Of a DNA stretch of 64,000 nucleotides, positions 32,006 to 43,541 are shown one piece after another. The position numbers and the translations under genes are program-made. The stretch lies in the UHGV virus genome UHGV-1363143; one strand, given 5' to 3'. Origin of the DNA: a virus. Each line of letters starts with the position of its first letter. Positions within the stretch are counted from its first letter, which is position 1. The notes beneath the pieces were generated by a model. It did not search any database. It was given only the letters and a program-made list of their open reading frames with translations, and had not been told where the DNA came from.

Positions 32006-32330
32006 TTAATTCACCCACTTGTCTTATAAAATTGTATATAATTTTTTGCTCTGACTTAAATTGATTTGGTTTTAATGTATTTAAGTTTATTGATATAGCT
32101 TTAGTGTTTTCATTTATAACGTCTTGAAGATCAATTGAACTCAATACGTTATTCTTTAATTTAGTTTCTGCAGATTTGAATACAAAGAAGTATATTTCTT
32201 GGCCTATGGCAAAATCAATTAATACAATATCATTTAGGAATAAGTCTTTAGATGTGAAAGGTCTATCAAGCATAGCTATATTTTTAATATTATTTCTTTT
32301 AAGAATTAACGCTCTATCAAAAATATTCAT
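31977..32330 (-). CDS. hypothetical protein (117 aa)
   Basis: ORF. Confidence 0.35.
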   Translation of the reverse strand: MNIFDRALILKRNNIKNIAMLDRPFTSKDLFLNDIVLIDFAIGQEIYFFVFKSAETKLKNNVLSSIDLQDVINENTKAISINLNTLKPNQFKSEQKIIYNFIRQVGELNVNKISIAS

Positions 32331-32364
32331 TAAGAGAAAAGGGAGATATTACTCCCTAAACCTC

Positions 32365-33561
32365 CTATTTTTTCTTTTTCTTAGCTTTGCTAGCTATTGC
32401 TATAACATCTTCTGGATCTAATACTTCTTCCATCTCTTTTTCTATATCTGCTTCCTCGATCTTAGCTTCTTCTACTTCTTCATCAGACATAGCTACTATG
32501 TCTCCTTTAATCATTGACTGTAAATTAGCAAAGAATTGAGGATTATTCATACAATATTGTCTGAACTTTGCAGCACCTTGCCATTGCATTTTTTCTCCAT
32601 TAATAATTCTTGCTTCGCCATTTTCATCAGGTAATCTTATAAATGCCCCAGCCTTAGCCAGTATTCCTTGGCTTACTGCTAAGTCCAATGCTTCAAGATA
32701 AATTTCGGTACCTTGTCCATAGATTGCATAATATTGAGTCTTAACGTAAGGGAATCTATCAGTAACAACGTGGTTCTTTCTAACAGTAACTCCTATTTTT
32801 ACTCCATCTTCTCTTTTGATAGGATCAGCTTCTTGTATTGATAACCTTCTTAAGTCAACAATTAGCATAGCTCCATATTTAATAGCTACTCCACCAGAAA
32901 GAGTAAGTGGATCACCCATAACCATTCCTCCAATTTGAGTTGTTAGATGTTGAACGATTACCATGGCAACTTCATTTTCTTCTACTATAGAAGTTATTTT
33001 TCTCATCATCTTAGCATTCATTCTTGATTGAGCACCTACTTGTAAAGAATTCATATCTTTCTTGAATTCTTCTGATGGTACTAAGCATTTTAATGAATTG
33101 ATTACTACCATATCTGCAACACCTGCAGCAAGATATGCTTCAATTCTATTTATTGCTTCTTCACCAGCACCATCTCTATCATGCTCAATTAAAATGAATC
33201 TTTCTCTATCTATGCCAAACATATCAAGAGTTTTTTCTTTTAATGATGCTTCTGATTCTAGCCATATTGCAACGAAGTCTGGATTCTCTCTATGATGTTT
33301 ACCAATAGTTTCAAGTAAGATTGCAGTCTTACCACTATCTTCTTTTCCTGTAACTATTGATATATTACCTACAGGCCATCCTCCACCTATAGCTTCATTA
33401 ACATTCATAGAAGGAGTTGCTATGAATTTAGCTTTTAACTTTTCTTGCATAGCTTCACTCTTACTAACTCTACCTACTATGTCCTTACCTGCCTTGTCAT
33501 TGATCTTCTTTGAAATATTGTCAACCATTTTTAATCTTTCTGCTAAGCTCTTTTTTGCCAT
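32365..33561 (-). CDS. recA: RecA recombinase
   Basis: GGGWPVGNISIVTGKEDSGKTAI Walker A, loop L1/L2 regions, the ...TQIGGMVMGDP...GGVAIKYGAMLIVDLRR motifs, and a polyK tail. Confidence 0.85.
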   Translation of the reverse strand: MAKKSLAERLKMVDNISKKINDKAGKDIVGRVSKSEAMQEKLKAKFIATPSMNVNEAIGGGWPVGNISIVTGKEDSGKTAILLETIGKHHRENPDFVAIWLESEASLKEKTLDMFGIDRERFILIEHDRDGAGEEAINRIEAYLAAGVADMVVINSLKCLVPSEEFKKDMNSLQVGAQSRMNAKMMRKITSIVEENEVAMVIVQHLTTQIGGMVMGDPLTLSGGVAIKYGAMLIVDLRRLSIQEADPIKREDGVKIGVTVRKNHVVTDRFPYVKTQYYAIYGQGTEIYLEALDLAVSQGILAKAGAFIRLPDENGEARIINGEKMQWQGAAKFRQYCMNNPQFFANLQSMIKGDIVAMSDEEVEEAKIEEADIEKEMEEVLDPEDVIAIASKAKKKKK

Positions 33562-33572
33562 ACTACACGCTC

Positions 33573-33920
33573 CTATAACTTTGTATTCTTTAGGATTTTT
33601 TCTAAACTCTCAGAAATAAACTTATAAGATTCTATTTGTCCTATTACATCTGGAGTCTTAGGTAATTCTGATAGTAGATTAATCCTTTGTTTTGCTATAC
33701 CTGAAACTAATCTTAAGATCGGTTTACAAGTATACATATCAAATAGCCCATCTTGATCTTTGCATAATGTAGCAGCTTCCTCTAAAAGGATTGCTACTAC
33801 ACTATGCTTTACTGCTTTTTCATTATCAAATTTGGAAGATGATAACATTGCCCCAATATAATTAACTAATCCAGCTCTAATTTGAGTTTGGTCATTTGAA
33901 TAAGCCATCTTATTCTTCAA
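33573..33920 (-). CDS. hypothetical protein (115 aa)
   Basis: ORF. Confidence 0.4.
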   Translation of the reverse strand: MKNKMAYSNDQTQIRAGLVNYIGAMLSSSKFDNEKAVKHSVVAILLEEAATLCKDQDGLFDMYTCKPILRLVSGIAKQRINLLSELPKTPDVIGQIESYKFISESLEKILKNTKL

Positions 33921-36384
33921 CCTCCTCTGAATTATAAGAACTTACCGAGATTCCTACTATTGCATCTCCTTCATTTAAAGTTAATAGCTTAACTCCTGAA
34001 GCAGATCTTCCAGTAATAGAAATATCTTCAGCCTTAACTCTAATCATTAAGCCTTGTTCAGTAACTATAAATATGTCATCTTCATTATTGACTGTATCGG
34101 CTGCTATGATATAACCTGTTCTTTCATTAATCTTATGAGAAACTATACCTTTTCCTCCACGACCTTGAATTGTATACTCATCTATAGCAGTTCTCTTACC
34201 TAATCCTGATGAAGTTAAAGTAAATAAGTAAGCCTTATTACATAAACTCATGCCTACAACATAATCATTTTCATTTTTGAACTTCATACCAGTAACTCCA
34301 GTAGCAGTTCTACCCATTGGTCTTATGCTCTTTTCATCAACTGTAGTTCTTAATGATAAACCTGTTGCAGTATTTAAAATAACAGTATCTCCTTCTGATA
34401 CAAGAAGTACTGCTGTTAAGCTATCTCCTTCTCTAAACTCAATTATCTTAGTAACAGATAATCTTGTTGATAGCTTATCAAGTGGTAATCTTTTAATAAC
34501 ACCTTTTTGTGTAGCTATTAATAAACTCTTAGAGGTATCATTTGTGTTTGCTGCTATTACATTTACAATATGTTCTCCATTTTCAGTATCTAAAGATAAG
34601 AAATTAAATATAGACTTACCTCTAGCGCCCTTATTGCTCTTTGGTATCTTATAAGCTTTTAATAGATGAACTTTACCTAAATTAGTAAAGAACATTATGT
34701 TATCCTTACTATTAGTAGTAAACATATACTTAATGATTTCATCTTCCTTAGTATTAGCCGCCTTAGTTCCCTTACCGCCTCTTCTTTGAGTGTTATATTC
34801 ATCTTCACTTACACTCTTAATTAAACCAGTATCAGTAATTGTTATAACTAAAGCTTCATCTTTTATAAGATCCTCTTCATTTATTGATGAAGAATCATTT
34901 GTAATGCTAGTTCTTCTTTCATCTGAGAACTTATTTCTTAAAGCATTAAATTCTATCTTCATGGTTTGAAGTAAAGCATTATTATCAGTAAGTATTTGGT
35001 ACCAAGCTGACATATTAGCTTCAATAGAAGCTTTTTCTGCATTTAACTTCTCCTCAGAAGCTTTGCTTAAAGTCTTAATCTTCATTTCAGCAATATATTC
35101 TGCTTGTTCTTGATTAAAACCTAATTCTACTAATGCTTGTACAGCATTATCTGAATGTCTAATAGCGTAAATAACTCTATCAAGCATATCTCCCTCAAAA
35201 CACATTAAGATACCATTGACAATGTTATATCTCTTTTCTGCTTTTGCATAATCATATTGTGTTCTTCTAATGATTACATTAGCAGCATGAGCTAAAAAGC
35301 TATTTAATATTTCATATATGTTTAAAACCTTAGGTTCACCATTTATAATTACAGTATTATTAATAGAGAAATTGCATTGTAGATCTGTATGTTTTAATAG
35401 CTTATTGATTGCTAATTGAGGATTAGCATCTTTTTTAAGTTCAACAACTATTCTTATACCTGTTTTATCAGATTCATCTCTAACTTCTTTAATTTCTCCT
35501 ATAATAGCAGGTTTATCTGGCTTACCTTTTTCTTTAGTTACTCTAGATAAGGCATCCATTCTTTCTACTAATTTAGCTTTATTAACCTTATAAGGAATTT
35601 CTGTGATGATAATATTATTTTTTTCATCAGCTTCAAAAACACCTCTTACAGTAACTCTGCCGTTACCTGTCTTATATGCTTCTTTAACTGTATCAATATT
35701 TACAATAGTTCCTCCTGTTGGAAAATCAGGAGCTTGTAATAATTCAATTATTCTATCTATTGATATTGATTCTTCAGTCATAGTGCAATCAATCATATAA
35801 TCTAATGCATTATAAACATCATTTACATTATGAGGTGCCATATTAGTAGCCATGCCGACTGCTATACCCATATTTCCGTTAAGTAACAAATTAGGTACAA
35901 GTGAAGGCAGTACAGCTGGTTCAACTTCTTCTCCATCAAAGTTTGGAACTAAATCTATGGTGTTTTTATTTATATCTTCCATCATAGTTTGACCATATAC
36001 AGATAACTTAGCTTCTGTATATCTCATTGCAGCTGCTCCATCACCATCAATAGATCCAAAGTTTCCATGTCCAGCTATCATTGGATATCTCATAGTAAAA
36101 TCTTGAGCCATTTTTACCATCGCTTCATATACTGATGAATCACCGTGAGGATGATATTTACCTAATACATCCCCTACGATTCTTGCACTCTTTTTATATG
36201 GCTTATCAAATGTTAATCCTAGTCCATTTGTTCCATATAATATTCTTCTTTGAACTGGCTTTAAACCATCATATACATCAGGTAAAGCTCTTTCGGTAAT
36301 TACACTCATAGCATAATCTACAAAATGTTTTTTCATAGAATCTGCTATACTTACCTTATCAATTCTTTCAATTACATCTGACAT
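33910..36384 (-). CDS. gyrA: type II topoisomerase subunit A (GyrA/ParC-like)
   Basis: The [27 protein letters not shown] start and the active-site Tyr region AAMRYTE. Confidence 0.9.
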   Translation of the reverse strand: MSDVIERIDKVSIADSMKKHFVDYAMSVITERALPDVYDGLKPVQRRILYGTNGLGLTFDKPYKKSARIVGDVLGKYHPHGDSSVYEAMVKMAQDFTMRYPMIAGHGNFGSIDGDGAAAMRYTEAKLSVYGQTMMEDINKNTIDLVPNFDGEEVEPAVLPSLVPNLLLNGNMGIAVGMATNMAPHNVNDVYNALDYMIDCTMTEESISIDRIIELLQAPDFPTGGTIVNIDTVKEAYKTGNGRVTVRGVFEADEKNNIIITEIPYKVNKAKLVERMDALSRVTKEKGKPDKPAIIGEIKEVRDESDKTGIRIVVELKKDANPQLAINKLLKHTDLQCNFSINNTVIINGEPKVLNIYEILNSFLAHAANVIIRRTQYDYAKAEKRYNIVNGILMCFEGDMLDRVIYAIRHSDNAVQALVELGFNQEQAEYIAEMKIKTLSKASEEKLNAEKASIEANMSAWYQILTDNNALLQTMKIEFNALRNKFSDERRTSITNDSSSINEEDLIKDEALVITITDTGLIKSVSEDEYNTQRRGGKGTKAANTKEDEIIKYMFTTNSKDNIMFFTNLGKVHLLKAYKIPKSNKGARGKSIFNFLSLDTENGEHIVNVIAANTNDTSKSLLIATQKGVIKRLPLDKLSTRLSVTKIIEFREGDSLTAVLLVSEGDTVILNTATGLSLRTTVDEKSIRPMGRTATGVTGMKFKNENDYVVGMSLCNKAYLFTLTSSGLGKRTAIDEYTIQGRGGKGIVSHKINERTGYIIAADTVNNEDDIFIVTEQGLMIRVKAEDISITGRSASGVKLLTLNEGDAIVGISVSSYNSEEVEE

Positions 36385-36411
36385 GTTTATACCACCTTTT
36401 TCTTATAGTAT

Positions 36412-37035
36412 TTATTTGTTTACAGCTATCACTTGAGATGAACTTATTTCATAAGCTAACCTTTCTTGCTTATTGCCATCTGCATCTCTTTTGAAATATT
36501 TTCTTGATTGAAATCTTCCTGTAATTTCAAACTCTGTAGAGATATCTTTACCAAATACATACTTAGAATCCTTACCCCAAGCTAGTATTGCTAGATAGTC
36601 TGACTTATTGAAAGGTCTATTAACAGCTAATATAAAATCAATTACTTTTCTTCCTGAATAGGTAGTTCTATGCTTACCTTTCTTACATAAGTAACCTCTT
36701 AGCTTAACTTCATTCACAAACGTGCCTTCTTTTGACACTTCTGCGTCTTTTGCAAATAAATAAGTTTCTACGCTTCCGTCAGCTTTATTAAAAGTTCTTA
36801 TTTGACCTTCAAAACTAACGTAAGCCGCTGATTTTATTTCAGCGTCTAGTAATTTTTCTGAGACTACAACTGGAAGTATGTCTATTTCTCCACTTTTTCT
36901 CTCAACATCAACATCAACTATTAAGAAATCTTCTCCTAGTGTACTGTGATACTTTCTATAATCGCTTGATATTTTTCCAGATAATCTTGCTATATTATTG
37001 TTCATTAATTCCATTTCTTCTTCCTCCGTTAACAA
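36412..37035 (-). CDS. SSB-like OB-fold protein inserted between the topoisomerase subunit genes
   Basis: C-terminal 110 aa: the FILAVNRPF...LAILAWGKDSKYV...GRFQSRKYFKRDADGNKQERLAYEI pattern matches the SSB OB-fold (LAVNR / AWGK / GRLQTRSYEDKDGNKR). Confidence 0.5.
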   Translation of the reverse strand: MLTEEEEMELMNNNIARLSGKISSDYRKYHSTLGEDFLIVDVDVERKSGEIDILPVVVSEKLLDAEIKSAAYVSFEGQIRTFNKADGSVETYLFAKDAEVSKEGTFVNEVKLRGYLCKKGKHRTTYSGRKVIDFILAVNRPFNKSDYLAILAWGKDSKYVFGKDISTEFEITGRFQSRKYFKRDADGNKQERLAYEISSSQVIAVNK

Positions 37036-38969
37036 TCAATATTTGCTTCTAATGCATGTTGCATAATAAATTCTCTTCTTGGAATTACTTCTTCACCCAT
37101 GCATAAACTTAGCATATATTCATCTTTTTCTATGTCATCTATAGTTATTTGCTCTAATGTTCTAGTAGCAGGATTCATAGTTGTTTCCCATAATTCTTCA
37201 GGATTCATTTCTCCTAATCCCTTAAATCTTTGAACGTTAGTTACTTTATTTCCATATTGAGCTATAAGAGCGTCTCTTTCTTGTTCATCTTTAGCAAAAT
37301 AATTTTGCTTATTAATAACAAGCTTATATAATGGTGGGCAACTAAAATACATATAGCCATTTTCTATAAGTGGCTTCATATATCTGTAAATATAAGTTAA
37401 CCATAATGTTTTGATGTGAGATCCATCAACATCGGCATCACTCATAATTATGATTTTGTGATATTTTAATTTAGATATATCAAATTCTTCACCTAATCCA
37501 CATCCACAAGCTCTTACTAAATCCATAAGTCTTTCATTTTTAACTACATCATGCAATCTTTTCTTCTCAACATTTAGAGGTTTACCGAAGATTGGTAATA
37601 TAGCTTGAAAGTATCTATCTCTTGCTTGTTTTGCAGATCCACCCGCTGAATCACCTTCAACTATATAGATTTCACATTCTTCAGCTTTTCTGCTTGTACA
37701 GTTACTTAACTTTCCAGCTAAACCTGTAGGATTATCAGAATTCTCTTTTATCTTTCTTACAGCCTCTCTTGCTTTTTGAGCAGCTAGTCTAGCTTTAGAT
37801 GCGTTTGCAACTTTATCAACTAGAGCTTTTGCTATAGCTGGATTATGGTCAAATAGCTCGGCCAAGTTTTCTTCAACAATCTTTTTAACAGCTTGTCTTA
37901 CAGATGTCATTTTTATCTTTGCCTTACCTTGCCCATCAAAGAATGGATCTTGAACTCTAATGCTAACAATCGCTGTTAACCCTTCTAATGCATCTGATGA
38001 ATCAAATTTTATATTTAATTTTCTTTCATTAATGCAATCTGTAACTACTTTTGTAATTGCTGTTTTTAATCCTGTTACATGGTCCCCATGTTCTGTTGTA
38101 GCAGCATTATTACAGAAACTTAATATATGTTCAGTATCATAAGTATCTGTATATGTCATTCCTACATATACCTCTACGCCATTGTGTTCACCTTGAATAG
38201 TAAAGGTATCAACTATCTTTGTCTTACCATTAACCTTACTTTCAACCAGTTCTCTTATACCTTCATCAAATTGATATGTTTCTTCTAATTTAACTTCATC
38301 ACCTTCTGATACATATAGGTAATTCATTAATCCTGGATTTAAGTAAGCAAGAGTTTTTAATCTACTTGCAACATCATTAACATTAATAATGTCATCTTCT
38401 TTCCATATAGTTCTGTCTGGTTTAAAGATAACCTCTGTTCCTGTATCAGCTGGATCTAATCCTTCTTCTATTATTGTTAAATCTTGAGCTTTAATACCTT
38501 GTTGGAAAGCTATTTCATATTTCTTTCCTCCAGTTTTTACTCTTATAACTAACCATTCTGATAAAGCATTAACAACTGATAAACCAACTCCATGTAATCC
38601 TGTAGTTTTAATTCCATTTTCTTTAGATTTAAAACCACCCTTTCCATCATCTTCTACATTGAACTTACCACCACCATGTAGAGTAGCTGCAGCAATTTCA
38701 ACTTGTGATATATTTGGATTCTTTTTAGAAGGTGCGACAGGTATTCCTCTACCATTATCTAAAACAGTGATAATTTCATCTTGGATGTAAACTGCTATTC
38801 CAGTAGCATACCCTGATGTATATTCATCTAATGAGTTATCTGCTATTTCAGTTATCATATGAGTTATATGAGGTAAATACATTCCAGGTCTAATTCTGAC
38901 GCAATGCGGGAATTCTAGTTCAATTACTTCTGCTTGTTGTATTTCTGACATTCTTATCTTTCCTTTCAA
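37029..38969 (-). CDS. gyrB: type II topoisomerase subunit B (GyrB/ParE-like ATPase + TOPRIM)
   Basis: GHKL ATPase motifs (VLDNGRGIP, GLHGVG), the QTK loop, and the TOPRIM motif EGDSAGG. Confidence 0.9.
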   Translation of the reverse strand: MKGKIRMSEIQQAEVIELEFPHCVRIRPGMYLPHITHMITEIADNSLDEYTSGYATGIAVYIQDEIITVLDNGRGIPVAPSKKNPNISQVEIAAATLHGGGKFNVEDDGKGGFKSKENGIKTTGLHGVGLSVVNALSEWLVIRVKTGGKKYEIAFQQGIKAQDLTIIEEGLDPADTGTEVIFKPDRTIWKEDDIINVNDVASRLKTLAYLNPGLMNYLYVSEGDEVKLEETYQFDEGIRELVESKVNGKTKIVDTFTIQGEHNGVEVYVGMTYTDTYDTEHILSFCNNAATTEHGDHVTGLKTAITKVVTDCINERKLNIKFDSSDALEGLTAIVSIRVQDPFFDGQGKAKIKMTSVRQAVKKIVEENLAELFDHNPAIAKALVDKVANASKARLAAQKAREAVRKIKENSDNPTGLAGKLSNCTSRKAEECEIYIVEGDSAGGSAKQARDRYFQAILPIFGKPLNVEKKRLHDVVKNERLMDLVRACGCGLGEEFDISKLKYHKIIIMSDADVDGSHIKTLWLTYIYRYMKPLIENGYMYFSCPPLYKLVINKQNYFAKDEQERDALIAQYGNKVTNVQRFKGLGEMNPEELWETTMNPATRTLEQITIDDIEKDEYMLSLCMGEEVIPRREFIMQHALEANIDC

Positions 38970-38996
38970 TACTATTTTTTATCTTAAATGTATCTC

Positions 38997-39305
38997 CTAT
39001 TGCTCTTTGGCAATGTTTTTTTGAATTTTGTCTGCTATATTAATTAAATTATTAGGTAAATTAATAACAGTTATTAAAACTGTTCCCCTGAATAAATAAA
39101 TTTTTCTATTGTACACCCTTAAATTATTAGCATTCTTATGTGTGAGATACAATTTATCAAGATAGTGTCTAAGATTACCTTTTGCTTGTGCATGAGTAAT
39201 ACCATGTTCTAATGCTTTATTTGCAATCTTATCTGCTATCTTTTTACTTACACCAAGTCTATCTTTTGTTCTTTGCTTGGCGTGATTAGTAACTATAGCT
39301 TCCAA
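38997..39305 (-). CDS. hypothetical protein (102 aa)
   Basis: ORF. Confidence 0.35.
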   Translation of the reverse strand: MEAIVTNHAKQRTKDRLGVSKKIADKIANKALEHGITHAQAKGNLRHYLDKLYLTHKNANNLRVYNRKIYLFRGTVLITVINLPNNLINIADKIQKNIAKEQ

Positions 39306-39307
39306 AG

Positions 39308-39694
39308 TTACTCTAATACCTCTGGTTTAATACAACCTGTAATATGACCAAGAATAGCCTTTATCCCTGCGATCAAATTCTCTTCTTTGGTAAAGTTTGT
39401 ATCTATAGTTAAATCTGCTTTAATAATTTTTGCTTCAGGTGTTACTATAGCTAGTTTCTCTCTAGCAACTAATTGAATCTTTGGTTCTCCTTTAGGCCCT
39501 TTATGAGTAGCAGCTACTATTATAAAATCACGATTTTGTATAGTGAATGGAGCCATAGGATTGTTAGCTAATGATTTAGCTGTATATAAAGCAACTTCTT
39601 GAATTTCTTCTTCTAAAGCAACTTCATCATCTATTTGCTTTGTTAAAGCTTTCTCTGCTTCATCAAATTTCTTTAATTCTTCATTAATATTCAT
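39308..39694 (-). CDS. hypothetical protein (128 aa)
   Basis: ORF. Confidence 0.4.
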   Translation of the reverse strand: MNINEELKKFDEAEKALTKQIDDEVALEEEIQEVALYTAKSLANNPMAPFTIQNRDFIIVAATHKGPKGEPKIQLVAREKLAIVTPEAKIIKADLTIDTNFTKEENLIAGIKAILGHITGCIKPEVLE

Positions 39695-39738
39695 TTGCTA
39701 TACCTCCAGTTGACATAAATAAGGCTAACAGCCCTAGA

Positions 39739-40287
39739 TTAAAATCTAGGGTTGCTAGCACCTGTTGGTACTCCTGGCATTGCTGGAGCTCCTGGTCTAC
39801 CTGCTGGCATTCCTCCTGGTACTCCTGGCATTGCTGGAGCTCCAGGTCTACCTGTTGGAGAACCTGGTACCCCTGGTCTACCCATTGGACTTGCTGGTGT
39901 TGCTGGTGCAAATGCTTGATCTCCTGCATTGTTTTGAGGTAATCTCTTAGTAAATGTAAATTCTGATACATCTAAGCTAACATTGTTTTGTATGTTACCA
40001 TCTTTATCTTTATATCCAGCATTGAATCTTGCTGTAACTTCAATACTTGAGAATTCTTTTCTCATAGGATCATTCTTATCTAATTGACTAATTTGTTGTA
40101 ATTGATCTGCATAGTATCCCCATGCTGTGAAGTTAATTAAAGCTTCATCATAATATCCTTGGTCATTCTTTGTATTTAATTGAACATTCATTGCCCAGTT
40201 CATTCTTGATTTTTTATCTCCATTTGCTGGAGTATATTTCCCTTCAAACATTGGTAATCTTCCTGCTAAAATTACTAAATTCTTCAT
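39739..40287 (-). CDS. ssb: single-stranded DNA-binding protein with Pro/Gly-repeat tail
   Basis: MKNLVILAGRL...FTAWG OB-fold, and a C-terminal (GRPGAPAMPGVP)n repeat ending NPRF (an acidic/aromatic tip analog). Confidence 0.8.
   Translation of the reverse strand: MKNLVILAGRLPMFEGKYTPANGDKKSRMNWAMNVQLNTKNDQGYYDEALINFTAWGYYADQLQQISQLDKNDPMRKEFSSIEVTARFNAGYKDKDGNIQNNVSLDVSEFTFTKRLPQNNAGDQAFAPATPASPMGRPGVPGSPTGRPGAPAMPGVPGGMPAGRPGAPAMPGVPTGASNPRF
39745..39900. repeat. 36-bp tandem repeat encoding the PG-rich SSB tail
   Basis: cctggcattgctggagctcctggtctacctgctggc... is repeated about four times with variation. Confidence 0.7.
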
Positions 40288-40409
40288 AATTAATTTCTCC
40301 TTCGATTTATATATTTTTTGTTATTCATTTTCTTAATAATAAAAAAATGATTCGCATGCCTTTATATTATGCGAACCATTTAAAAAAACCTATTTGTATC
40401 GTAAATTTT

Positions 40410-41468
40410 TTATGCTGTTTGAGCCATTGATTGTTGTATGAAGTAAATTAATCCTACAACATTAGTGTCATCAATATTGTCTATAGTTAATGTAGCATTA
40501 TCAAAGTATTGTCTTACATATCCATTTAATTGATCAGCTGACATTTCTGCTTTATAAGAATTTAACCAAGCATTAGCATTGTATAACTCAACGCAATCTA
40601 AGAACCAGAATATGTTTCCATCACTAACATACGTATCAATAGTTGCTCCTGGAGTTTGATATGCTTCAGCTATTAAATTATTTAAACCTTCTTTTGTTAA
40701 CCAGCTATTTTCCCATTCTTGTAATCTCACTCTAGCTTTAGCCAATTCATCTTGAATAAAGTATAAGAATGCTTCTATTGTAGATGGATTAATTTCAGCT
40801 AATGTTGCAGAAGTTCCATCTGTAAAGTTATGATATAAAGTATCTAATTGGGCTGGATTGTTTGCGTAATCAAATGAAACCTTATAAGCCTCTAATTGAT
40901 CTAAATGTTCTTGCTTGTATTCTGCAACTGGAGCAGTAGCTTGTGGAGCTGGAGCAGGTGCAGTAGCTTGTGGAGCTTCAGCTACAGGTGCAACTGGTGC
41001 TTCGTTCATTATAGCTTGTCCTTGTGCATTAGCAATTTCTTGCTTCTTAGCTTCTAATTCTGGAGTCATTGCATTATTATATGCCAAAACTCTTTCTGGA
41101 ATAGCGAAATCCTCATCATTTAAATATGGTATACCATGTTGATCATACGGTAATGTCCATTGATCTCCTGCAATAGCATTATCTATAGCAGCAGCTACCT
41201 TTTGATTATTAGCTTGTAATTGTTCAATTCCTTCATTTAATGTAGATTCTCCTACTTTTTCTGGAGTACCTAAATCAATTCCTGTAGCATTAACAGCTTC
41301 ATGTTCTTGAGGTAGATTAATTACTGAAGTATTTCCTTGTAAATATACAGCTAATGCATGTGCAATAGAAGCATATGCCATTGGTTTTGCATTAATATCA
41401 CTCATTACATCTGCTGCTGTAATTGCCTTGTTTATATTATTCACAAATAATTCATTTAATTTACTCAT
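40410..41468 (-). CDS. hypothetical protein with Ala/Pro/Gln-rich internal repeat
   Basis: APVAPVAEAPQATAPAPAPQATAPVAE repeat. Confidence 0.4.
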   Translation of the reverse strand: MSKLNELFVNNINKAITAADVMSDINAKPMAYASIAHALAVYLQGNTSVINLPQEHEAVNATGIDLGTPEKVGESTLNEGIEQLQANNQKVAAAIDNAIAGDQWTLPYDQHGIPYLNDEDFAIPERVLAYNNAMTPELEAKKQEIANAQGQAIMNEAPVAPVAEAPQATAPAPAPQATAPVAEYKQEHLDQLEAYKVSFDYANNPAQLDTLYHNFTDGTSATLAEINPSTIEAFLYFIQDELAKARVRLQEWENSWLTKEGLNNLIAEAYQTPGATIDTYVSDGNIFWFLDCVELYNANAWLNSYKAEMSADQLNGYVRQYFDNATLTIDNIDDTNVVGLIYFIQQSMAQTA

Positions 41469-41493
41469 GTTTTTTATCTCCTTTATAATCCTT

Positions 41494-42264
41494 TTATTTT
41501 AATTCAGATTCTATTTTTATAAATTTATCGTTTATTTCATCGAACAATTTTTGCTCGAATTGTTTGTCTGTAAATTCAAATTCAGAACTCTCCATGTAAT
41601 CCATATTATTTAAATATAATTTAGGTCTACCTGGGTTTTCATCATCATTTGGTAGTACATATGGTTTTATGCCAATTTTAATCTTGTTTAAAAGATTGCT
41701 GATATGCAAATTAGTCAACCAATTACTATCTTCATAGTTAAGTGGATATACTTTTTGATCATCTAAATATTCTATGGCCATATGTTTGCTATCTAAATTC
41801 TCTAGTTCTAAAATATTTGAATCTTCTATGCCCTTTTCTGAAACTGTTAAGTCTGCTTCTTGAGATAAGTCTTTATGTTGTATCACAAAAACTACCTCTC
41901 CTTTTTCATTAACTGTTAATTTTCTTACATAATCATATGTGTCAATGTATAGGTTATTTAACTTCACAACGTCATATTTTCTTTGTCCCGCAAGAATATT
42001 ATTTCTTTTTAGAACAGTAACTGTTAGCTTAACATCTGGAGTTATTATATTGCACTGATAAAACCTATCAGGCTCAACAGGAGGTATGACTCCAAAGTTT
42101 TGAAGCCACATTTCCTTTGCCTTATTTTCTTCTATTCCTTGAGCTTTCATATTGTTTAAGAAATCATCAAGTATTTCTCTTGTTTCCACATGCTCATTTC
42201 TCCATTCAACCAAGCTTGGATTATTAATTGGTCTTGTAATAGGCTGAATGTAATTCACTGTCAT
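41494..42264 (-). CDS. hypothetical protein (256 aa)
   Basis: ORF. Confidence 0.4.
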   Translation of the reverse strand: MTVNYIQPITRPINNPSLVEWRNEHVETREILDDFLNNMKAQGIEENKAKEMWLQNFGVIPPVEPDRFYQCNIITPDVKLTVTVLKRNNILAGQRKYDVVKLNNLYIDTYDYVRKLTVNEKGEVVFVIQHKDLSQEADLTVSEKGIEDSNILELENLDSKHMAIEYLDDQKVYPLNYEDSNWLTNLHISNLLNKIKIGIKPYVLPNDDENPGRPKLYLNNMDYMESSEFEFTDKQFEQKLFDEINDKFIKIESELK

Positions 42265-42272
42265 CTCCTCCT

Positions 42273-43520
42273 TTAACTAGCTTCATCTACATATTCTAAT
42301 TGAGGATCTCCTTCTTTAGTTAAACACTCTTTAGTCAATGTAATCTTAGATACTTTTGTATCAGGTAAATCAAACATGTAATCTGTCATGAATTCTTCCA
42401 TAACTGATCTTAATGCTCTAGCCCCTGTACCTGATTCTATTGCCTTATCAGCTATAGCTTCTAAGCATTCTTTTTCAAATTCTAACTCTATACCATCAAC
42501 TTCAAATAGAGTTTTGTATTGTCTTACTATAGAATCTACAGGTTCAGTAAGAATACTTACTAATGCATCTCTATCAAGTTCTTCTAAAGTACATATAACT
42601 GGTAATCTACCAAGTATTTCAGGCATCATACCAAACTGTCTTAAATCTTTTGGAGTTATTTTGTGAATTAACTCATTATAAGAATGTTCTTTAGAAGCTA
42701 CTTCTTTATTTTGAGTAAGACCTATTTTAGATTTCTTATAAATTCTTCTTTGAATGATTTTTTCTATATTCTCAAATGCGCCCCCACAAATGAATAATAT
42801 ATTAGAAGTATCTATTTGATAACATTCTTGATTTGGATGTTTTCTATTCCCTGACATAGGTACAGATACAACATTTCCTTCAAGCATTTTTAATAGTGCT
42901 TGTTGCACACCTTCACCAGAAACGTCTCTAGTAATAGATACATTTTCTCCTTTACGACCAATCTTATCTATTTCATCTAAAAAGACGATTCCATTTTCAG
43001 CTGCTTTGATATCACCATTAGCATTATCTATTAACTTCTTTAGAACTGTTTCTACATCATCACCTACATAGCCTGATTGAGTTAAACTAGTTGCATCTTG
43101 TATTGCATAAGGTACGCCCATTTTCTTTGCCATAGTTTCAACAAATAGTGTCTTACCACTACCAGATGGTCCTACCATAAGTACATTAGACTTTTTCAAC
43201 TTCATATCTGTAGCTACATTATTATTGTAGAAAGTTCTCTTATAGTGATTATAAACTGCTACTGCTATAACTTTCTTAGCTCTTTCTTGATTAATAATAT
43301 AATCATCAAAGTGCTTTTTCATATCTGATGGTTTTAATCCAACTTCTAATTCTCTGCTATTAACTTTATAGTTAGCCATAGCAGTTTCTATTGCATCGTT
43401 ACATATTTTCACGCAATGTTCACATATAAGTAATTCAGAATTTATATCTGATCTTAGTAATAATGTACTTCCATCAATGTCGTATGAACTCCCGCAATAT
43501 CCGCATGTTAATTTATCCAT
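42273..43520 (-). CDS. clpX: ClpX ATP-dependent protease ATPase subunit
   Basis: N-terminal C4 zinc-binding domain (CGYCG...CEHC), and the [44 protein letters not shown] motif. Confidence 0.85.
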   Translation of the reverse strand: MDKLTCGYCGSSYDIDGSTLLLRSDINSELLICEHCVKICNDAIETAMANYKVNSRELEVGLKPSDMKKHFDDYIINQERAKKVIAVAVYNHYKRTFYNNNVATDMKLKKSNVLMVGPSGSGKTLFVETMAKKMGVPYAIQDATSLTQSGYVGDDVETVLKKLIDNANGDIKAAENGIVFLDEIDKIGRKGENVSITRDVSGEGVQQALLKMLEGNVVSVPMSGNRKHPNQECYQIDTSNILFICGGAFENIEKIIQRRIYKKSKIGLTQNKEVASKEHSYNELIHKITPKDLRQFGMMPEILGRLPVICTLEELDRDALVSILTEPVDSIVRQYKTLFEVDGIELEFEKECLEAIADKAIESGTGARALRSVMEEFMTDYMFDLPDTKVSKITLTKECLTKEGDPQLEYVDEAS

Positions 43521-43541
43521 AAGTCATTCCTCCATTTTTGT

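Noticed and set aside
39684-39971. 95-aa minus-strand ORF rich in Q/L/E overlapping ssb
   Set aside because: It is an alternative frame of the 36-bp PG-repeat in the SSB tail. Repeat periodicity creates the open frame.
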